A stretch of DNA of 64,000 bases from an uncultured Bdellovibrionales bacterium (GCA_964530135.1 CAZGXN010000003.1:42942-106941), one strand, 5' to 3'; shown: positions 46,819 through 57,510, counted from the stretch's first letter. The notes: generated by a model not told the origin, from the sequence alone. Made by a program: numbers and translations.

Positions 46819-47628
46819 ATGCTGAAAGCGAAAAAATCACTCGGGCAGAATTTCTTGAAAGACGAAACGGTCATCGAGCGAATTTTGACTGTGGCCGATG
46901 TCCAGCCGGAAGACAAGATTTTTGAAATCGGCCCGGGAACAGGGATACTGACTGGCGCCCTGGACGGACGAGCGAAGCAGGTGGTCGCGATGGAGCTCGA
47001 TCATCAACTGGTCGAACGGTTGACGAAGCAGTTTGAAGTCAGTGAGGGGGTGTCAATTCTCGAAGGGAATATCCTCGAAGTGAATCTCAACGAAATGCTT
47101 TCACAGGCTGAGTTCGAATCCAGAAAGTATAAGGTCGTCGCGAATATCCCGTACTACATCACGGCACCAATCATTCGGACGCTTCTTTCACTTGAAACAC
47201 AGCCCGAGAGCCTGACCCTGATGGTCCAAAAGGAGGTAGCTGAGCGGATGACTGCACTGCCGGGCAGCATGAGCCTACTCTCTATTATGGTGCAATACTA
47301 CAGCGATGCGCGGATTGCTTTTGAAGTCCCCAAAGAGGCCTTTGACCCGATGCCAAAAGTGGATTCGGCCGTGGTGTACCTCGTTCCGAAACGGGCTTAT
47401 GACCCCGAAGAGGATCGGAAGCTCTTCCGCATTGCTCGGGCTGGTTTCGCCGCGCGGCGCAAGACACTCGCGAATAATCTCGCCTCCAGTCTGCACCTCG
47501 AGAAAGAAACCGTAGCTCGATTACTCAAAGATTGCGGCCTGAGAGCTGATATACGAGCGCAGGCTTTGTCACTTGCTCAGTGGGAAAGCCTTCAGTCGGC
47601 TCTGAGTCATCTGACAAAAGAGATGTAG
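46819..47628 (+). CDS. rsmA: 16S rRNA (adenine1518/1519-N6)-dimethyltransferase.
   Basis: MLKAKKSLGQNFLKDETVIERI...IFEIGPGTGILTG...VVANIPYYIT is the canonical KsgA. Confidence 0.9.
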   Translation: MLKAKKSLGQNFLKDETVIERILTVADVQPEDKIFEIGPGTGILTGALDGRAKQVVAMELDHQLVERLTKQFEVSEGVSILEGNILEVNLNEMLSQAEFESRKYKVVANIPYYITAPIIRTLLSLETQPESLTLMVQKEVAERMTALPGSMSLLSIMVQYYSDARIAFEVPKEAFDPMPKVDSAVVYLVPKRAYDPEEDRKLFRIARAGFAARRKTLANNLASSLHLEKETVARLLKDCGLRADIRAQALSLAQWESLQSALSHLTKEM

Positions 47629-47663
47629 TCTAGGAGATTGCCCCGCCCTTTCTTCAAGGACGG

Positions 47664-49316
47664 CTATTGTATCATCGCGAGAGTGAGAAAGAGGCTGTAG
47701 CCCGCAGCGAGTACAACGAACCAGCCCGGGAGTTTCCGATAGGAGAAGTAGCGGTGATCAGCTGAAGAGAACTGGAGTACCCAGAAGGCCATCGCTCCGA
47801 AGAAAAGTCCGAGTGGGAAAAGCGAGCGCAGAGAGAGAACAAAGGGGCTTGCTACAAAGACCATAAAGACGAAGGCACCGATAATACGCTTGGCCCACTC
47901 CTCGCCAAACAAAACAGGAAGCGTGATGACACCGTCAGTTCGGTCTCCTGCGATGTCCTTAAAATCCTTTATTGGAATGATAGTGAGGTAGGCAAAAAAG
48001 AGTAGTGTCGCTATGGAAACTGGTAGCGCAGAGATATTTTTCGTGGTTGAAAAAACAATGAAGCCAACCCAGAGGATAAGTAGACTGGCGCTGGCCGCGA
48101 GTGCAGTCGCGATAACAGGGAAGCGTTTGAGGCGGAGGGGATCAGCTGAATAGAGGAAAGCGATCGCTTGGTAGAGTACCAGGAGGAGTGCAGCTTGAGT
48201 TGAGACGAGTGCTGCCAGGAAGATTGATGCACCGAAAAAGAGGAGGCCGATGGTCTTGTACATGGGGACATCAATAACTCCGGTAATGAGTGGCCGCTGA
48301 GGATTTGTGATGCGATCAATTGCGATATCGCGGAGGTCATTCAGCACTACCGAAGCGAGCCAGGCACATTCGACTGCTGCGAGGAGGACAAGGGCGCCAG
48401 TGATATGGAAAAAATCGAATCGAGCACTGGGTGTATCAAAGAGGAATGTGAGGGCGGCACCGATTGAAAAAAGCCCCGCATGATACAGTAGTTGCGGAAA
48501 GCGGGCATTGTGGAAAAGGGCCCAGAATACTGGTCGGAAATAACTAAAAACGAGAGCTGCGATGAGGGGGATGATGAGGACGCCATACACAAGACTCATC
48601 TTGATAGCAAGAACACTCGCGATATCGGGTGGGTTGAGGATAAAGAGGGGGGCGGGTGAAAGCATGACGCGGGCAATGTCATGCTCGGTAACAGCCAGAA
48701 ATCCGGTACTTGGTCCCAAGAGGAGTATCGTAACGATAGAGGGCAAGACACCAATGATGAAAAGTGCGGTGTAGAGCAAGAGACTGGCCGAAAGTGTTCG
48801 GATGAGGGATCGAGATTTGATCCAGGTGTAGCCAAAAGCCAAGAGAACAACAATACCAACTTCAAATCGGACACCATAGGTGATACCAATATCCGGTTTG
48901 TCGCCAAAGAAAGTCAGATAGCGTTCGAGGAGTCCGAGTAGGCTGTCAAAACTATAGAAACTCCAGAAGCCGGCCCCGCGGGAGATAATCTCATCAACGA
49001 TGGGTGGGGTCCATATGACGAGGAATCCAGCCAAGAGAATATTGGCTGCCTGACGCAGCGGGACACGGCCTGCCCAAGCAATGATGGGGAGGGCGGCGAG
49101 GAAAATGGTCGTGAAGGTTAGGAAGTGATGTGAGAATTGATAAAAGTACTGATCGGCAAAGCGAAACGGGAGGGATTCAAGGGAATTTTCGATCCCAATC
49201 CGGACGGCAATGATGGCGAACAGCGTCGTTATCCAGGATCCGAGCGAAAGTGGTAGACCTTCAATCCGTTCGAAGAGGGCGTGTATTCGGGCTTGCATAG
49301 TTTCATAGTATAGCAT
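47664..49316 (-). CDS. UbiA-superfamily prenyltransferase (DPPR-synthase-like Asp motifs) fused to a roughly 300-aa N-terminal polytopic membrane domain of unknown function.
   Basis: 550 aa. The first motif is NDLRDIAID near aa 325. The second is KDFKDIAGDRTDG near aa 455. More than 15 predicted TM helices in total. Confidence 0.65.
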   Translation of the reverse strand: MLYYETMQARIHALFERIEGLPLSLGSWITTLFAIIAVRIGIENSLESLPFRFADQYFYQFSHHFLTFTTIFLAALPIIAWAGRVPLRQAANILLAGFLVIWTPPIVDEIISRGAGFWSFYSFDSLLGLLERYLTFFGDKPDIGITYGVRFEVGIVVLLAFGYTWIKSRSLIRTLSASLLLYTALFIIGVLPSIVTILLLGPSTGFLAVTEHDIARVMLSPAPLFILNPPDIASVLAIKMSLVYGVLIIPLIAALVFSYFRPVFWALFHNARFPQLLYHAGLFSIGAALTFLFDTPSARFDFFHITGALVLLAAVECAWLASVVLNDLRDIAIDRITNPQRPLITGVIDVPMYKTIGLLFFGASIFLAALVSTQAALLLVLYQAIAFLYSADPLRLKRFPVIATALAASASLLILWVGFIVFSTTKNISALPVSIATLLFFAYLTIIPIKDFKDIAGDRTDGVITLPVLFGEEWAKRIIGAFVFMVFVASPFVLSLRSLFPLGLFFGAMAFWVLQFSSADHRYFSYRKLPGWFVVLAAGYSLFLTLAMIQ

Positions 49317-49372
49317 AGCGCTGGCAATGCGTGGGTGTACCCGTCGGGGCTAGCGAGCAAGGTGCGTGAGGG

Positions 49373-51634
49373 GTGAAGAATCAACGGGAGATGGTACAAT
49401 ACAGGCCTATGTCATTTTGGGAAGCGGGACTCAACCCAGAGCAGAAGCGTGCTGTCGAGACGGTCGACGGACCGGTTTTAATTTTGGCTGGTGCCGGAAG
49501 TGGAAAAACGAAAACTTTGACGCATCGTATCGCATACCTCCTTGCAGAAAAGCGTGTTCGACCAGAGTCAATTCTCGCGGTTACTTTTACCAACAAAGCG
49601 GCTCAGGAGATGCGTGAGCGCGTTGGTCAGATGTTGGCGCGGGCAGCAGCGGCGGGTGGAGCACATTATCGGACACCCCAATTCATTGGAACTTTCCACA
49701 ATATTTCGGCACGAATTTTGCGCCGTGATATCGACCGTTTGGGGTATGGAAAAAACTTCAATATCGTCGATACAGACGAACAGCTCGCATTGGTAAAAAA
49801 ATCCATGAAAGAGCTTGAAATGAATCCCGATCAAGTGAAACCTCGTTCAATCCTTGAGGCAATCTCGGGTGCCAAAAACCGTGAACTGTCAGCGGAACAG
49901 TTTCTCGGTATGACGGAGGGTTATTTCGAAGAACTCGTTGGCAAAGTCTATCAACGGTATCAGGCAGGCCTCAGGGCAGCGAATGCGCTTGACTTCGATG
50001 ACTTGATTTTACTGACGGTGCGATTATTGGCCGAGTATCCAGACGTGTTGGAGTCCTATCAGGAAACATTCCGTTATATCATGGTGGATGAATATCAGGA
50101 TACAAACCCGCTGCAGTATCGGTTGGTGAAGCTGCTCGCCGCCAAGTATCGGAACCTCTTTGTGATCGGGGATGACTACCAGTCAATTTACTCTTGGCGC
50201 CAGGCGGACATTCGCAATATTCTCTCCTTTGAAACTGACTACCCTGAAGCAGTAGTGATCACGCTCGACCAAAATTACCGTTCAACACAGATCATTCTCG
50301 ATGCGGCTACCGCCGTTATCGGAAACAATGTAAACCAACGGCACAAGAAATTGTGGACAGATAAGTCTGCGGGTGACACGATCGCGTTGTATCCGGCAGA
50401 GAGCGAAGCGGATGAAGCTGAATTTGTCGCTCGTGAGATACGCCAGATCATCCAGAAGCAACAGATACCCTATCATTCGTTTGCGGTACTCTATCGAACC
50501 AATGCTCAATCGCGAAGTCTTGAGGAGGCTTTTCTCCATGAATCATTACCGTATAAAATTGTCGGTGGATTGAAATTCTATCAGCGCAAAGAGGTCAAGG
50601 ATGTGATTGCGTATGTGCGTTTTCTCGCCAATCCGCGAGATATCCTCGCTCTTGAGCGGATTGTAAATGAGCCAAAGCGCGGCATTGGACCGACGACTTT
50701 CAAAGCTTGGACCGATGCGGCGCGGGATCAGGGGCAGGATTTCCGGTCGATTCTTCCAACTTTGAAATCAGCCGGTATTTTGCCAGATCGGAAAGTTGCC
50801 AGCATTGAAACATTTATGGAGCTGTTTGTGCATTGGCAGGACAGTCTCTCTCATGAGGCGGGGATGACGCTTCGGTCGCTCCTGGATATGGTAACGCGCG
50901 AGAGTGGATATCTCGAGAGTCTTCGCGATGGAACGCCTGAGGGTGAAGCACGCGAGGAAAATGTTCAAGAGCTTTTTTCGGTTGCTCAAAAATATGATGG
51001 CGTGGCAGTACAGGAAGCATTGAATCGGTTTCTCGAGGAAGTTGCTTTGGCATCGGACACTGATACGATCGATCAGCGGGCGGATGCCATCCATCTCATG
51101 ACAGTGCATTCAGCCAAAGGTCTCGAGTTTCCCATAGTTTTCATTGTTGGTCTTGAAGAGGGGATTTTCCCTCATTCACGGAGCGCACTTTCGGGAGCCG
51201 AACTCGAAGAGGAGCGGCGGCTCATGTATGTCGCACTGACCCGAGCAAAGGAAAAAGCGTACCTCATCCATGCCGATATGCGTACGCTGTTTGGTTCGAC
51301 TCAAATGAATCCACCCTCGCGCTTTCTCGAGGAAATCCCCGCCGCGCTCATCACGAAGCGTGAATCCAATGGCACACACCTCTCATTTTCCAAGCCAAAG
51401 CGGAAAAGTTATGCAGCCCCCATTCGCCGTTTTACAGCTCCCATCAAGAGTCCGGTCGCCGAAGGTGAAACCATTCAGCCAGCCAAAGATCTGCGCCCGG
51501 GGGACATGGTGGAGCATCAGCAGTTTGGCAACGGGCTTGTCATTGCGCTTGATGGCACATTGGTTTCTGTTGCCTTCAAGCGCGCCGGTGTGAAGAAAAT
51601 GATGCTGGGCGTTGCGCCACTCAAAAAGCTTTGA
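49373..51634 (+). CDS. pcrA: UvrD/PcrA-family superfamily-1 DNA helicase.
   Basis: 753 aa. Walker A LILAGAGSGKTKTLTHRIAYLL. DEYQDTN. Motifs III to VI (VIGDDYQSIY, TVHSAKGLEF). A C-terminal Tudor-like tail. Confidence 0.85.
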   Translation: MKNQREMVQYRPMSFWEAGLNPEQKRAVETVDGPVLILAGAGSGKTKTLTHRIAYLLAEKRVRPESILAVTFTNKAAQEMRERVGQMLARAAAAGGAHYRTPQFIGTFHNISARILRRDIDRLGYGKNFNIVDTDEQLALVKKSMKELEMNPDQVKPRSILEAISGAKNRELSAEQFLGMTEGYFEELVGKVYQRYQAGLRAANALDFDDLILLTVRLLAEYPDVLESYQETFRYIMVDEYQDTNPLQYRLVKLLAAKYRNLFVIGDDYQSIYSWRQADIRNILSFETDYPEAVVITLDQNYRSTQIILDAATAVIGNNVNQRHKKLWTDKSAGDTIALYPAESEADEAEFVAREIRQIIQKQQIPYHSFAVLYRTNAQSRSLEEAFLHESLPYKIVGGLKFYQRKEVKDVIAYVRFLANPRDILALERIVNEPKRGIGPTTFKAWTDAARDQGQDFRSILPTLKSAGILPDRKVASIETFMELFVHWQDSLSHEAGMTLRSLLDMVTRESGYLESLRDGTPEGEAREENVQELFSVAQKYDGVAVQEALNRFLEEVALASDTDTIDQRADAIHLMTVHSAKGLEFPIVFIVGLEEGIFPHSRSALSGAELEEERRLMYVALTRAKEKAYLIHADMRTLFGSTQMNPPSRFLEEIPAALITKRESNGTHLSFSKPKRKSYAAPIRRFTAPIKSPVAEGETIQPAKDLRPGDMVEHQQFGNGLVIALDGTLVSVAFKRAGVKKMMLGVAPLKKL

Positions 51635-51693
51635 TTTTTTTGTGCTCTGCCACCCAGATTTTAGTTTCGGCGGCTTGGTATTTTTTCTTCCAA

Positions 51694-52653
51694 CTATTTC
51701 TTCTTCCGCTTGCCGTGAAAGGACTGATGAACTTCTTTCAGGCGTTCATTGGTAACATGGGTATAGATCTGTGTCGTGGTGATAGAGGCATGACCGAGCA
51801 TCGCCTGGACGGATCGGATATCTGCACCATTCATGAGGAGGTCAGTGGCAAAACTGTGCCGGAGCGTATGGGGATGGACATCTTTTACAATGCCGGCTTT
51901 TTTCGCATAGTGTTTCACGAGTCGAGCGATCGTTCGGGGAGTCAGTCGGAGGGTTTCGCGCGCAGCATTCCTTTTGTTGACCAAGCCTCGCTTGGGGTGG
52001 GCAACGAATAGAGCGGGGTCGATATCGGATCGGTGCTCGAGGTAGTGTGCGATGGCCGTTTTAGCGCTTTTGGAGAGAAACACGATGCGCAGTTTTGAAC
52101 CCTTGCCCCGGACGCTAAATTCATCCTTGGCGAGATTCACCTGATCGCGATTGAGGCCTGTGAGCTCTGAGACGCGGAGACCAGCTGAAAAGAGAAGCTC
52201 GAGCAGTGCTCGGTCGCGCCGACTTCGGAGAGTGTCTCCGGTCGGAGCAGCGAGGAGTCGTTCAATTTCATCAGACTCAAGGAATTCAACCTGGCGCTCA
52301 GGTATTCGGCCAATTTCAATCTTTTCAGCGGGCAGGGTTTCGATATCGTGTTTTGCGAGATACTTGAGAAAAGTCCGAAGAACGATAATATGATGGGCCT
52401 GCGTGCTCTTTTTGAGTGTGCTACCAGGCTTGGTCTCACGCCGATTGAGGGCGAGTCGGTACTGGCGGATCTGCTCAGCGGTGATATCGCTGGGGTGGTG
52501 GATATCGCCCCATGTAAAGAAGGCCTGTAGTGTTCGTTGATAGCTATCAATAGTACGATGGGAGCGATTCATCTCGATTTCGAGGTGGTCGAAAAACGCC
52601 TGGGCGAGTCGTTCAATTTCAGTTTTTTGTTTGGAAGGTGAGTGGTCAGACAT
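51694..52653 (-). CDS. xerD: Tyrosine recombinase of the XerC/XerD family.
   Basis: 319 aa. An N-terminal SAM-like domain. Catalytic residues in GLRVSEL, HTLRHSFAT and LGHASITTTQIYTHV. Confidence 0.85.
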   Translation of the reverse strand: MSDHSPSKQKTEIERLAQAFFDHLEIEMNRSHRTIDSYQRTLQAFFTWGDIHHPSDITAEQIRQYRLALNRRETKPGSTLKKSTQAHHIIVLRTFLKYLAKHDIETLPAEKIEIGRIPERQVEFLESDEIERLLAAPTGDTLRSRRDRALLELLFSAGLRVSELTGLNRDQVNLAKDEFSVRGKGSKLRIVFLSKSAKTAIAHYLEHRSDIDPALFVAHPKRGLVNKRNAARETLRLTPRTIARLVKHYAKKAGIVKDVHPHTLRHSFATDLLMNGADIRSVQAMLGHASITTTQIYTHVTNERLKEVHQSFHGKRKKK

Positions 52654-52773
52654 ACAGTATACGACCCGTATTGTAGCATGAGCCGAGTGTTCATGGATAA
52701 CACAAGTATTCTATAAAAGGCTTTATATAAAGCAAAAAAGTAAAATTAATAACCAAAAGACATTGACCAATGC

Positions 52774-54117
52774 TTGATTCTGCCGTATGCTACAGCTTGT
52801 AACTCTTGGGGGAAATCCCGGATGTGCCGCTCTCATTCAGATACTCGAGCGGGGCTAGGGGATTATCCTAACAGAAAGGGTGGACCTATTTTTTCACACT
52901 TGATATCTCGGGCCCGGCGTTCCTGGCGGAGCGTACGACAGCTGGTTGATTTTGCCCGTTGGAATACGGTTTTTCACCAGGGACAGACCCGATTTCTTGT
53001 CTGGTTCAAGGAAGGTTCCGGCTATATTCCGGTCATTCTTTTTCGTAAATATTCAACCTTTTCGCTCGTAGTTTCTTCGGCCCTCCTGGTCTCAGCGACC
53101 AATTACGGTCAAGAAGTCGGTGGTCTCGAGCGTCTCTCGGCCTCGCTCAATGTCAATCTGCCCAGTGAGAATCGCGTTGTGTTGCGCCGTGCGGCCCAAG
53201 AATCCCAGCAACATAATCTCTCACTTGTTTCATTGGCGGCGCCCTTGCTCGCGGCTGATATGTCCGTTCAGACGGAAACCAATGTTCTGGATGAGGCTTA
53301 TTTGTCGCCTGAAAATCAGATGTTTATCGCTCAGGCGGTAGGTGCCAATAGCGCTCGTGATCCTGAAGAAGATGGGGGCGTGAAAATCTACACCGTAGCA
53401 GCCGGTGATACGGTATCTGGCATCGCTGCGGTCCATGGGGTAACGGTCAATACGATTCTCTGGGCAAATGATCTCGACAATGTTGATTCGATCAGGCCGG
53501 GTGATCAGATCTTTATTTTGCCGGTTGCTGGATTCAACTATACAGTCAAAAGCGAAGATACAATTGACTCTATCGCTGCCAAGTATAAAGCGGACCGAAG
53601 CCGCATCATTGCCTATAATGGACTACCGGCTAATGGTGATCTGACGGCTGGAACAGAGCTTATTATCCCTGACGGAGTAAAAGAGAGCGCTCCAGCGGCA
53701 CCCGTAACCACAGGGTTGGCGCGACGCGAGTATGCATCACAGACAGGGAGTGGGGTCGCGACAGATATCACTCCGAGTTTTGCGCGGCCGCGTGAAGGGA
53801 AGATTGGGCAAGGGCATCGTTTTCCATATGGTTATTGCACCTGGTATGTCGCTCAGAAGCGATATGTCCCGTGGGGTGGCAATGCGGGTACCTGGCTCTA
53901 TAATGCGCGTGCCCAGGGCTACAAAACTGGAAAAACACCGACGGTGGGTTCAATTGTTGTAACGACTGAGAATCGGTTTTATGGGCATGTCGCACTGGTT
54001 GAGAAGGTGAGTGGCGATATGATCACAGTGTCTGAAATGAACTATACTGGCTGGGCAAAAAAAAGCGTGCGTCAATTATCTCGCTCGAGTCGGGTGATCA
54101 AGGGGTATATTTACTAG
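52774..54117 (+). CDS. Membrane-anchored peptidoglycan hydrolase with two LysM domains and a C-terminal CHAP amidase/peptidase domain. It is the likely VirB1-like lytic enzyme of the adjacent T4SS. The true start is probably internal.
   Basis: LysM 1 is YTVAAGDTVSGIAAVHGVTVNTILWANDL...GDQIFILP. LysM 2 is YTVKSEDTIDSIAAKYKADRSRIIAYNGL...GTELIIP. The CHAP domain is GYCTWYVAQKR...GHVALVEKV. Confidence 0.7.
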   Translation: MILPYATACNSWGKSRMCRSHSDTRAGLGDYPNRKGGPIFSHLISRARRSWRSVRQLVDFARWNTVFHQGQTRFLVWFKEGSGYIPVILFRKYSTFSLVVSSALLVSATNYGQEVGGLERLSASLNVNLPSENRVVLRRAAQESQQHNLSLVSLAAPLLAADMSVQTETNVLDEAYLSPENQMFIAQAVGANSARDPEEDGGVKIYTVAAGDTVSGIAAVHGVTVNTILWANDLDNVDSIRPGDQIFILPVAGFNYTVKSEDTIDSIAAKYKADRSRIIAYNGLPANGDLTAGTELIIPDGVKESAPAAPVTTGLARREYASQTGSGVATDITPSFARPREGKIGQGHRFPYGYCTWYVAQKRYVPWGGNAGTWLYNARAQGYKTGKTPTVGSIVVTTENRFYGHVALVEKVSGDMITVSEMNYTGWAKKSVRQLSRSSRVIKGYIY

Positions 54118-54322
54118 CTGATTTGTGGGAAAGGGTGGAGCGAAGACGGTTACAAGAATGAGTGGGGAGGATGGTGAGGCAAGAAAAGCAGCGGGTTTCA
54201 ATGCCTCTCCTTGAGTTTCAGCGCTTGATCCCCGCCACTCTCTTCTTTGTGTGTCCCAATCCTGTGGGCTTGTGGTATACTATTTTTGTATCCGATGTCG
54301 TCGTCTGTATCGCTGCGTACTT

Positions 54323-56338
54323 ATGCGTTGGGTGAAACAAAATACAAAAAAAATTCTCATTGGTTTTTTTGCGTGTGCACTCATTGTTCAGAGTGGTGCT
54401 GTTGCGGTCCAGCCAGTCTTTGCTACTGCCCCGACAGTTGGCAGTCAGATCGAAACCAGTGCTCAAGCGGCTGGCAATCCAAACTCCCCTCCGACCGGCA
54501 ATGAGATAGAGGGAGGTTGTTCCTGGTATAATTGGCTTGCCTGTGGTAAAGACCTTATCGTCTGGTTTTTGAAAGAGATCCGCGATCTTATCTATCGCGG
54601 TTTTGCTGTTCCGGCCGCGGCGGGATTTGCCTGGGCGCTGAATCCGGCCAATATCTCTGGACCGACTGGAGTGTTGAATCTCTCGGCAGTCTATACTCTC
54701 TGGCAGTTTATCCGAGATTTCTTCAATCTCTTTTTCATTCTCATCCTCCTTTTTTCGGCTTTTGCGACAGTTTTCCAGGTGGATAGTTTCAATATCCGCA
54801 ATATCTTCAAAAATGTCCTCTTGGTCGCACTGCTCATCAATTTCAGCTTTCCAATTACTCGATTTCTCATTGATGCGGCCAATGTGCCGATGTACTACTT
54901 CATCAATGATGTGATCGGTGATGGCACGGGGAATGGTGGTATGATCGCCATGAATAACATGCTCCGACACTCGGGTGCCGGCGCGGGCGCCATGGTTACT
55001 ACCGGAGACAACAGCAGTGTCGTCCAGATTCTCTTGTCGATTATTTTCGTTTTTTTATTTGGTATCTCGCTCCTGGTGTTGGCGGTGATGATGATTATCC
55101 GTCTCCTCGCGCTCACATTATTGCTGATCTTTTCACCGATTGGCTTTGCCTCGGCGCTGCTCCCGGGACTCAATGAATATGGCCAACGATGGTGGAGCAA
55201 CTTTTGGAACTATGCACTGTTTGGACCGGCGGCCGCGCTCATGCTCGTAGTGTCATTGAAGTTTCTCGAGGCGAGCGGATCACTCTTTACCTCGATGCAG
55301 CAGGTATCGACCAATGTCAGTGTCGACCCGAGCGGAGCTACTTCGGTGGCTCAGGTCATTTTCTTCACGATCCCGATTATCCTCATCTGGTTTACTATCG
55401 GCCTGGCGAGCAGGTTCAGTGTGGCTGGTGCCGCGACCGTCGTCGGCCTCGGCTATGGCGCCGCACATTGGACGCGGAAGAAGCTACAGAAAGGTGTGGG
55501 ATTTGTCGGCAAGAAGGTCGTCGTTAATCCTGTTACCAGGGGAGTGGGGAGCGGTATCGCCCAACGTTTCAATGACAACAAGATAGTGAAGTATGTAAAA
55601 TCTCCAGGCAAGGTTGAGGCGCGGATCAGAGGGGCTGTTGGTACTGGTACCGTCAGTGGAGAATTGGGTAAACTCCATGAGCAGCAGGTAAGGAGAGAGC
55701 TGGATGAATTGAAGAAGAACAAGGCGAGTTATTCTGAGGCTCGGGCGGGAATGACAAGTGGGAATCAGGCATCACGTCAGGCAAACGCAATGTATCTTGC
55801 TCAGAATGATGATATCCGAAACGCAAGTGATTTTAGAGATGGACTCGCTGCTATGGCGGGCAATGCAGAATTTACCAGTGAATTTGTTAAAAAATCTCAA
55901 GGAGCGATTGATAATGTTACGGACTTGGCGACAGCTCTCAATGCCCTGGGCACTGACAGCAAGACTGCCGCAGCAGTTATCGATAAGATAAATCCAGGCG
56001 CCCTCCCTGCGAATTCAGCTGACTATGCGTCAATCCTTGCAGCCCCAGCCTTTACTTCCCCAGCTTCACAGAAGCAACTTCAGAGTAAGATGAAGAAAGA
56101 GGGTCGGATAAGTTCAGTGATAGATCATGAGGTTAGGACGACAGGCGCGAGTATGGCTTCGGTGGTTGATCGCCATTTGGATAGCATGACAGTCGAAGAG
56201 ATAGCAAAACAAGATAGCTTACTTCGGAGCAATCCTGATGCGCACGGCTATGTACTCGGTCTAAGGACGAGTGACCCAGCAAAGTATCAAGAGATTAAAA
56301 ATAAGATGAAATCGGGTACAAGTGCATTGTTTCCGTGA
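54323..56338 (+). CDS. VirB6/TrbL-like polytopic inner-membrane T4SS channel protein with a hydrophilic C-terminal extension. The track ORF starts at 54251 with GTG; the ATG at 54323 gives a signal or TM start.
   Basis: MRWVKQNTKKILIGFFACALIV followed by at least 7 TM helices in a VirB6-like arrangement, then about 250 aa hydrophilic. It lies in an operon with the VirB4 gene. Confidence 0.55.
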   Translation: MRWVKQNTKKILIGFFACALIVQSGAVAVQPVFATAPTVGSQIETSAQAAGNPNSPPTGNEIEGGCSWYNWLACGKDLIVWFLKEIRDLIYRGFAVPAAAGFAWALNPANISGPTGVLNLSAVYTLWQFIRDFFNLFFILILLFSAFATVFQVDSFNIRNIFKNVLLVALLINFSFPITRFLIDAANVPMYYFINDVIGDGTGNGGMIAMNNMLRHSGAGAGAMVTTGDNSSVVQILLSIIFVFLFGISLLVLAVMMIIRLLALTLLLIFSPIGFASALLPGLNEYGQRWWSNFWNYALFGPAAALMLVVSLKFLEASGSLFTSMQQVSTNVSVDPSGATSVAQVIFFTIPIILIWFTIGLASRFSVAGAATVVGLGYGAAHWTRKKLQKGVGFVGKKVVVNPVTRGVGSGIAQRFNDNKIVKYVKSPGKVEARIRGAVGTGTVSGELGKLHEQQVRRELDELKKNKASYSEARAGMTSGNQASRQANAMYLAQNDDIRNASDFRDGLAAMAGNAEFTSEFVKKSQGAIDNVTDLATALNALGTDSKTAAAVIDKINPGALPANSADYASILAAPAFTSPASQKQLQSKMKKEGRISSVIDHEVRTTGASMASVVDRHLDSMTVEEIAKQDSLLRSNPDAHGYVLGLRTSDPAKYQEIKNKMKSGTSALFP

Positions 56339-56358
56339 TCCTTTAACATTGAATTGGT

Positions 56359-57510
56359 GTGAGTGGAGATACTGTAAAAAACATCCTTTTCTTTCCAATG
56401 CTTGTCTCTGAAAGTGGGACAGGTGAGGCTATGACGCCAGAAGTTTCGGAAGAATTATGGATGAAACTTCGAAATCTATCTCCTAATAAGCGAGACATTC
56501 TTGTCTGTCGAGAATTGCCCCAGAAGCTCCTGATTCTCAAGGAGAAGTTAAATTTGGATGAAAAAGCTATAGGCCGTATCAGTTTGGTGATTCGGAAGAT
56601 TTTTTTTAACGAACTTGATCTTGCTGGTGCTGAGGCTAAGATTGCTTCGATGCTTGGGGCGGGTGGAGCAGAGAATCCGAACCATGCTAAGGCTATTGTT
56701 GAGTTTATTAAAAAAGAAATACTAACCATTAAGCCAGTAAAAGAAGTCGTGCCAGATGAATCTTTGTCAAGTGAGCCAGTTATCAAAACCGCGCGGCTGC
56801 CGCTCCTCAAGGCGATGAGTGAGTACCCGCATTTGTCAGAACAACTCTTGACCAGAGAAAAGATCAAATTGAAATCATCGACGGAACCGGTGCGACCATC
56901 GCTTGGGAATTGGCTGAAGAGCTATCGTGAAGAGCTCGGTATCGGGTTCCATGAGCCAGTCAAGCGGGGAAATTTTCTCTTTCAATCCCAGAATGGCAAG
57001 CGTCTGTCCAATGAGGAGCGAGCGAGATTCAATCTCATCTTGAAGTCGGTCGAAGAGGAATTTCCGCTTGACATCGATACGGAACGCCAGGCAATAGTCT
57101 TTCCATCGTCTGGCGATGTGGCGATGGAGCTGACTCAGATCCGAACCAATCCATCCCAGCCTACTCCAAACAGGATGATTCGAGCACGGGGTCTGTCGAC
57201 CAGTCTACCGGCCTCTGAAACTACACCAGAAACATCTTCACCAACCGCCTTTCAGTCCTTCAAACCACTGTTTGCGAAATCAGTATCGCCGGAGAAGAAT
57301 GTTTCAGGTGAGACATTACATTTCTCTACAGGGCATGTGTTGCCAGCGGAACGCGAGGCGGGCGCTCCAACATCCGATGGGAGCGAGGCACTCCGTCAGA
57401 TGCAGCATCCGACGCAGGGTATTCGGCGTGAACCCAATCCAGCGCTTTCTCGGAGTCCGTACTCGATCCGTCCGCTCCGTCCTCGGAGTGGGGACAATGA
57501 AAACGCCTAG
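56359..57510 (+). CDS. Hypothetical soluble protein inside the T4SS-like operon, with a Pro/Ser/Thr-rich C-terminus.
   Basis: 383 aa. It starts 20 nt after the VirB6-like stop. No motif was recognised. Confidence 0.5.
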   Translation: MSGDTVKNILFFPMLVSESGTGEAMTPEVSEELWMKLRNLSPNKRDILVCRELPQKLLILKEKLNLDEKAIGRISLVIRKIFFNELDLAGAEAKIASMLGAGGAENPNHAKAIVEFIKKEILTIKPVKEVVPDESLSSEPVIKTARLPLLKAMSEYPHLSEQLLTREKIKLKSSTEPVRPSLGNWLKSYREELGIGFHEPVKRGNFLFQSQNGKRLSNEERARFNLILKSVEEEFPLDIDTERQAIVFPSSGDVAMELTQIRTNPSQPTPNRMIRARGLSTSLPASETTPETSSPTAFQSFKPLFAKSVSPEKNVSGETLHFSTGHVLPAEREAGAPTSDGSEALRQMQHPTQGIRREPNPALSRSPYSIRPLRPRSGDNENA

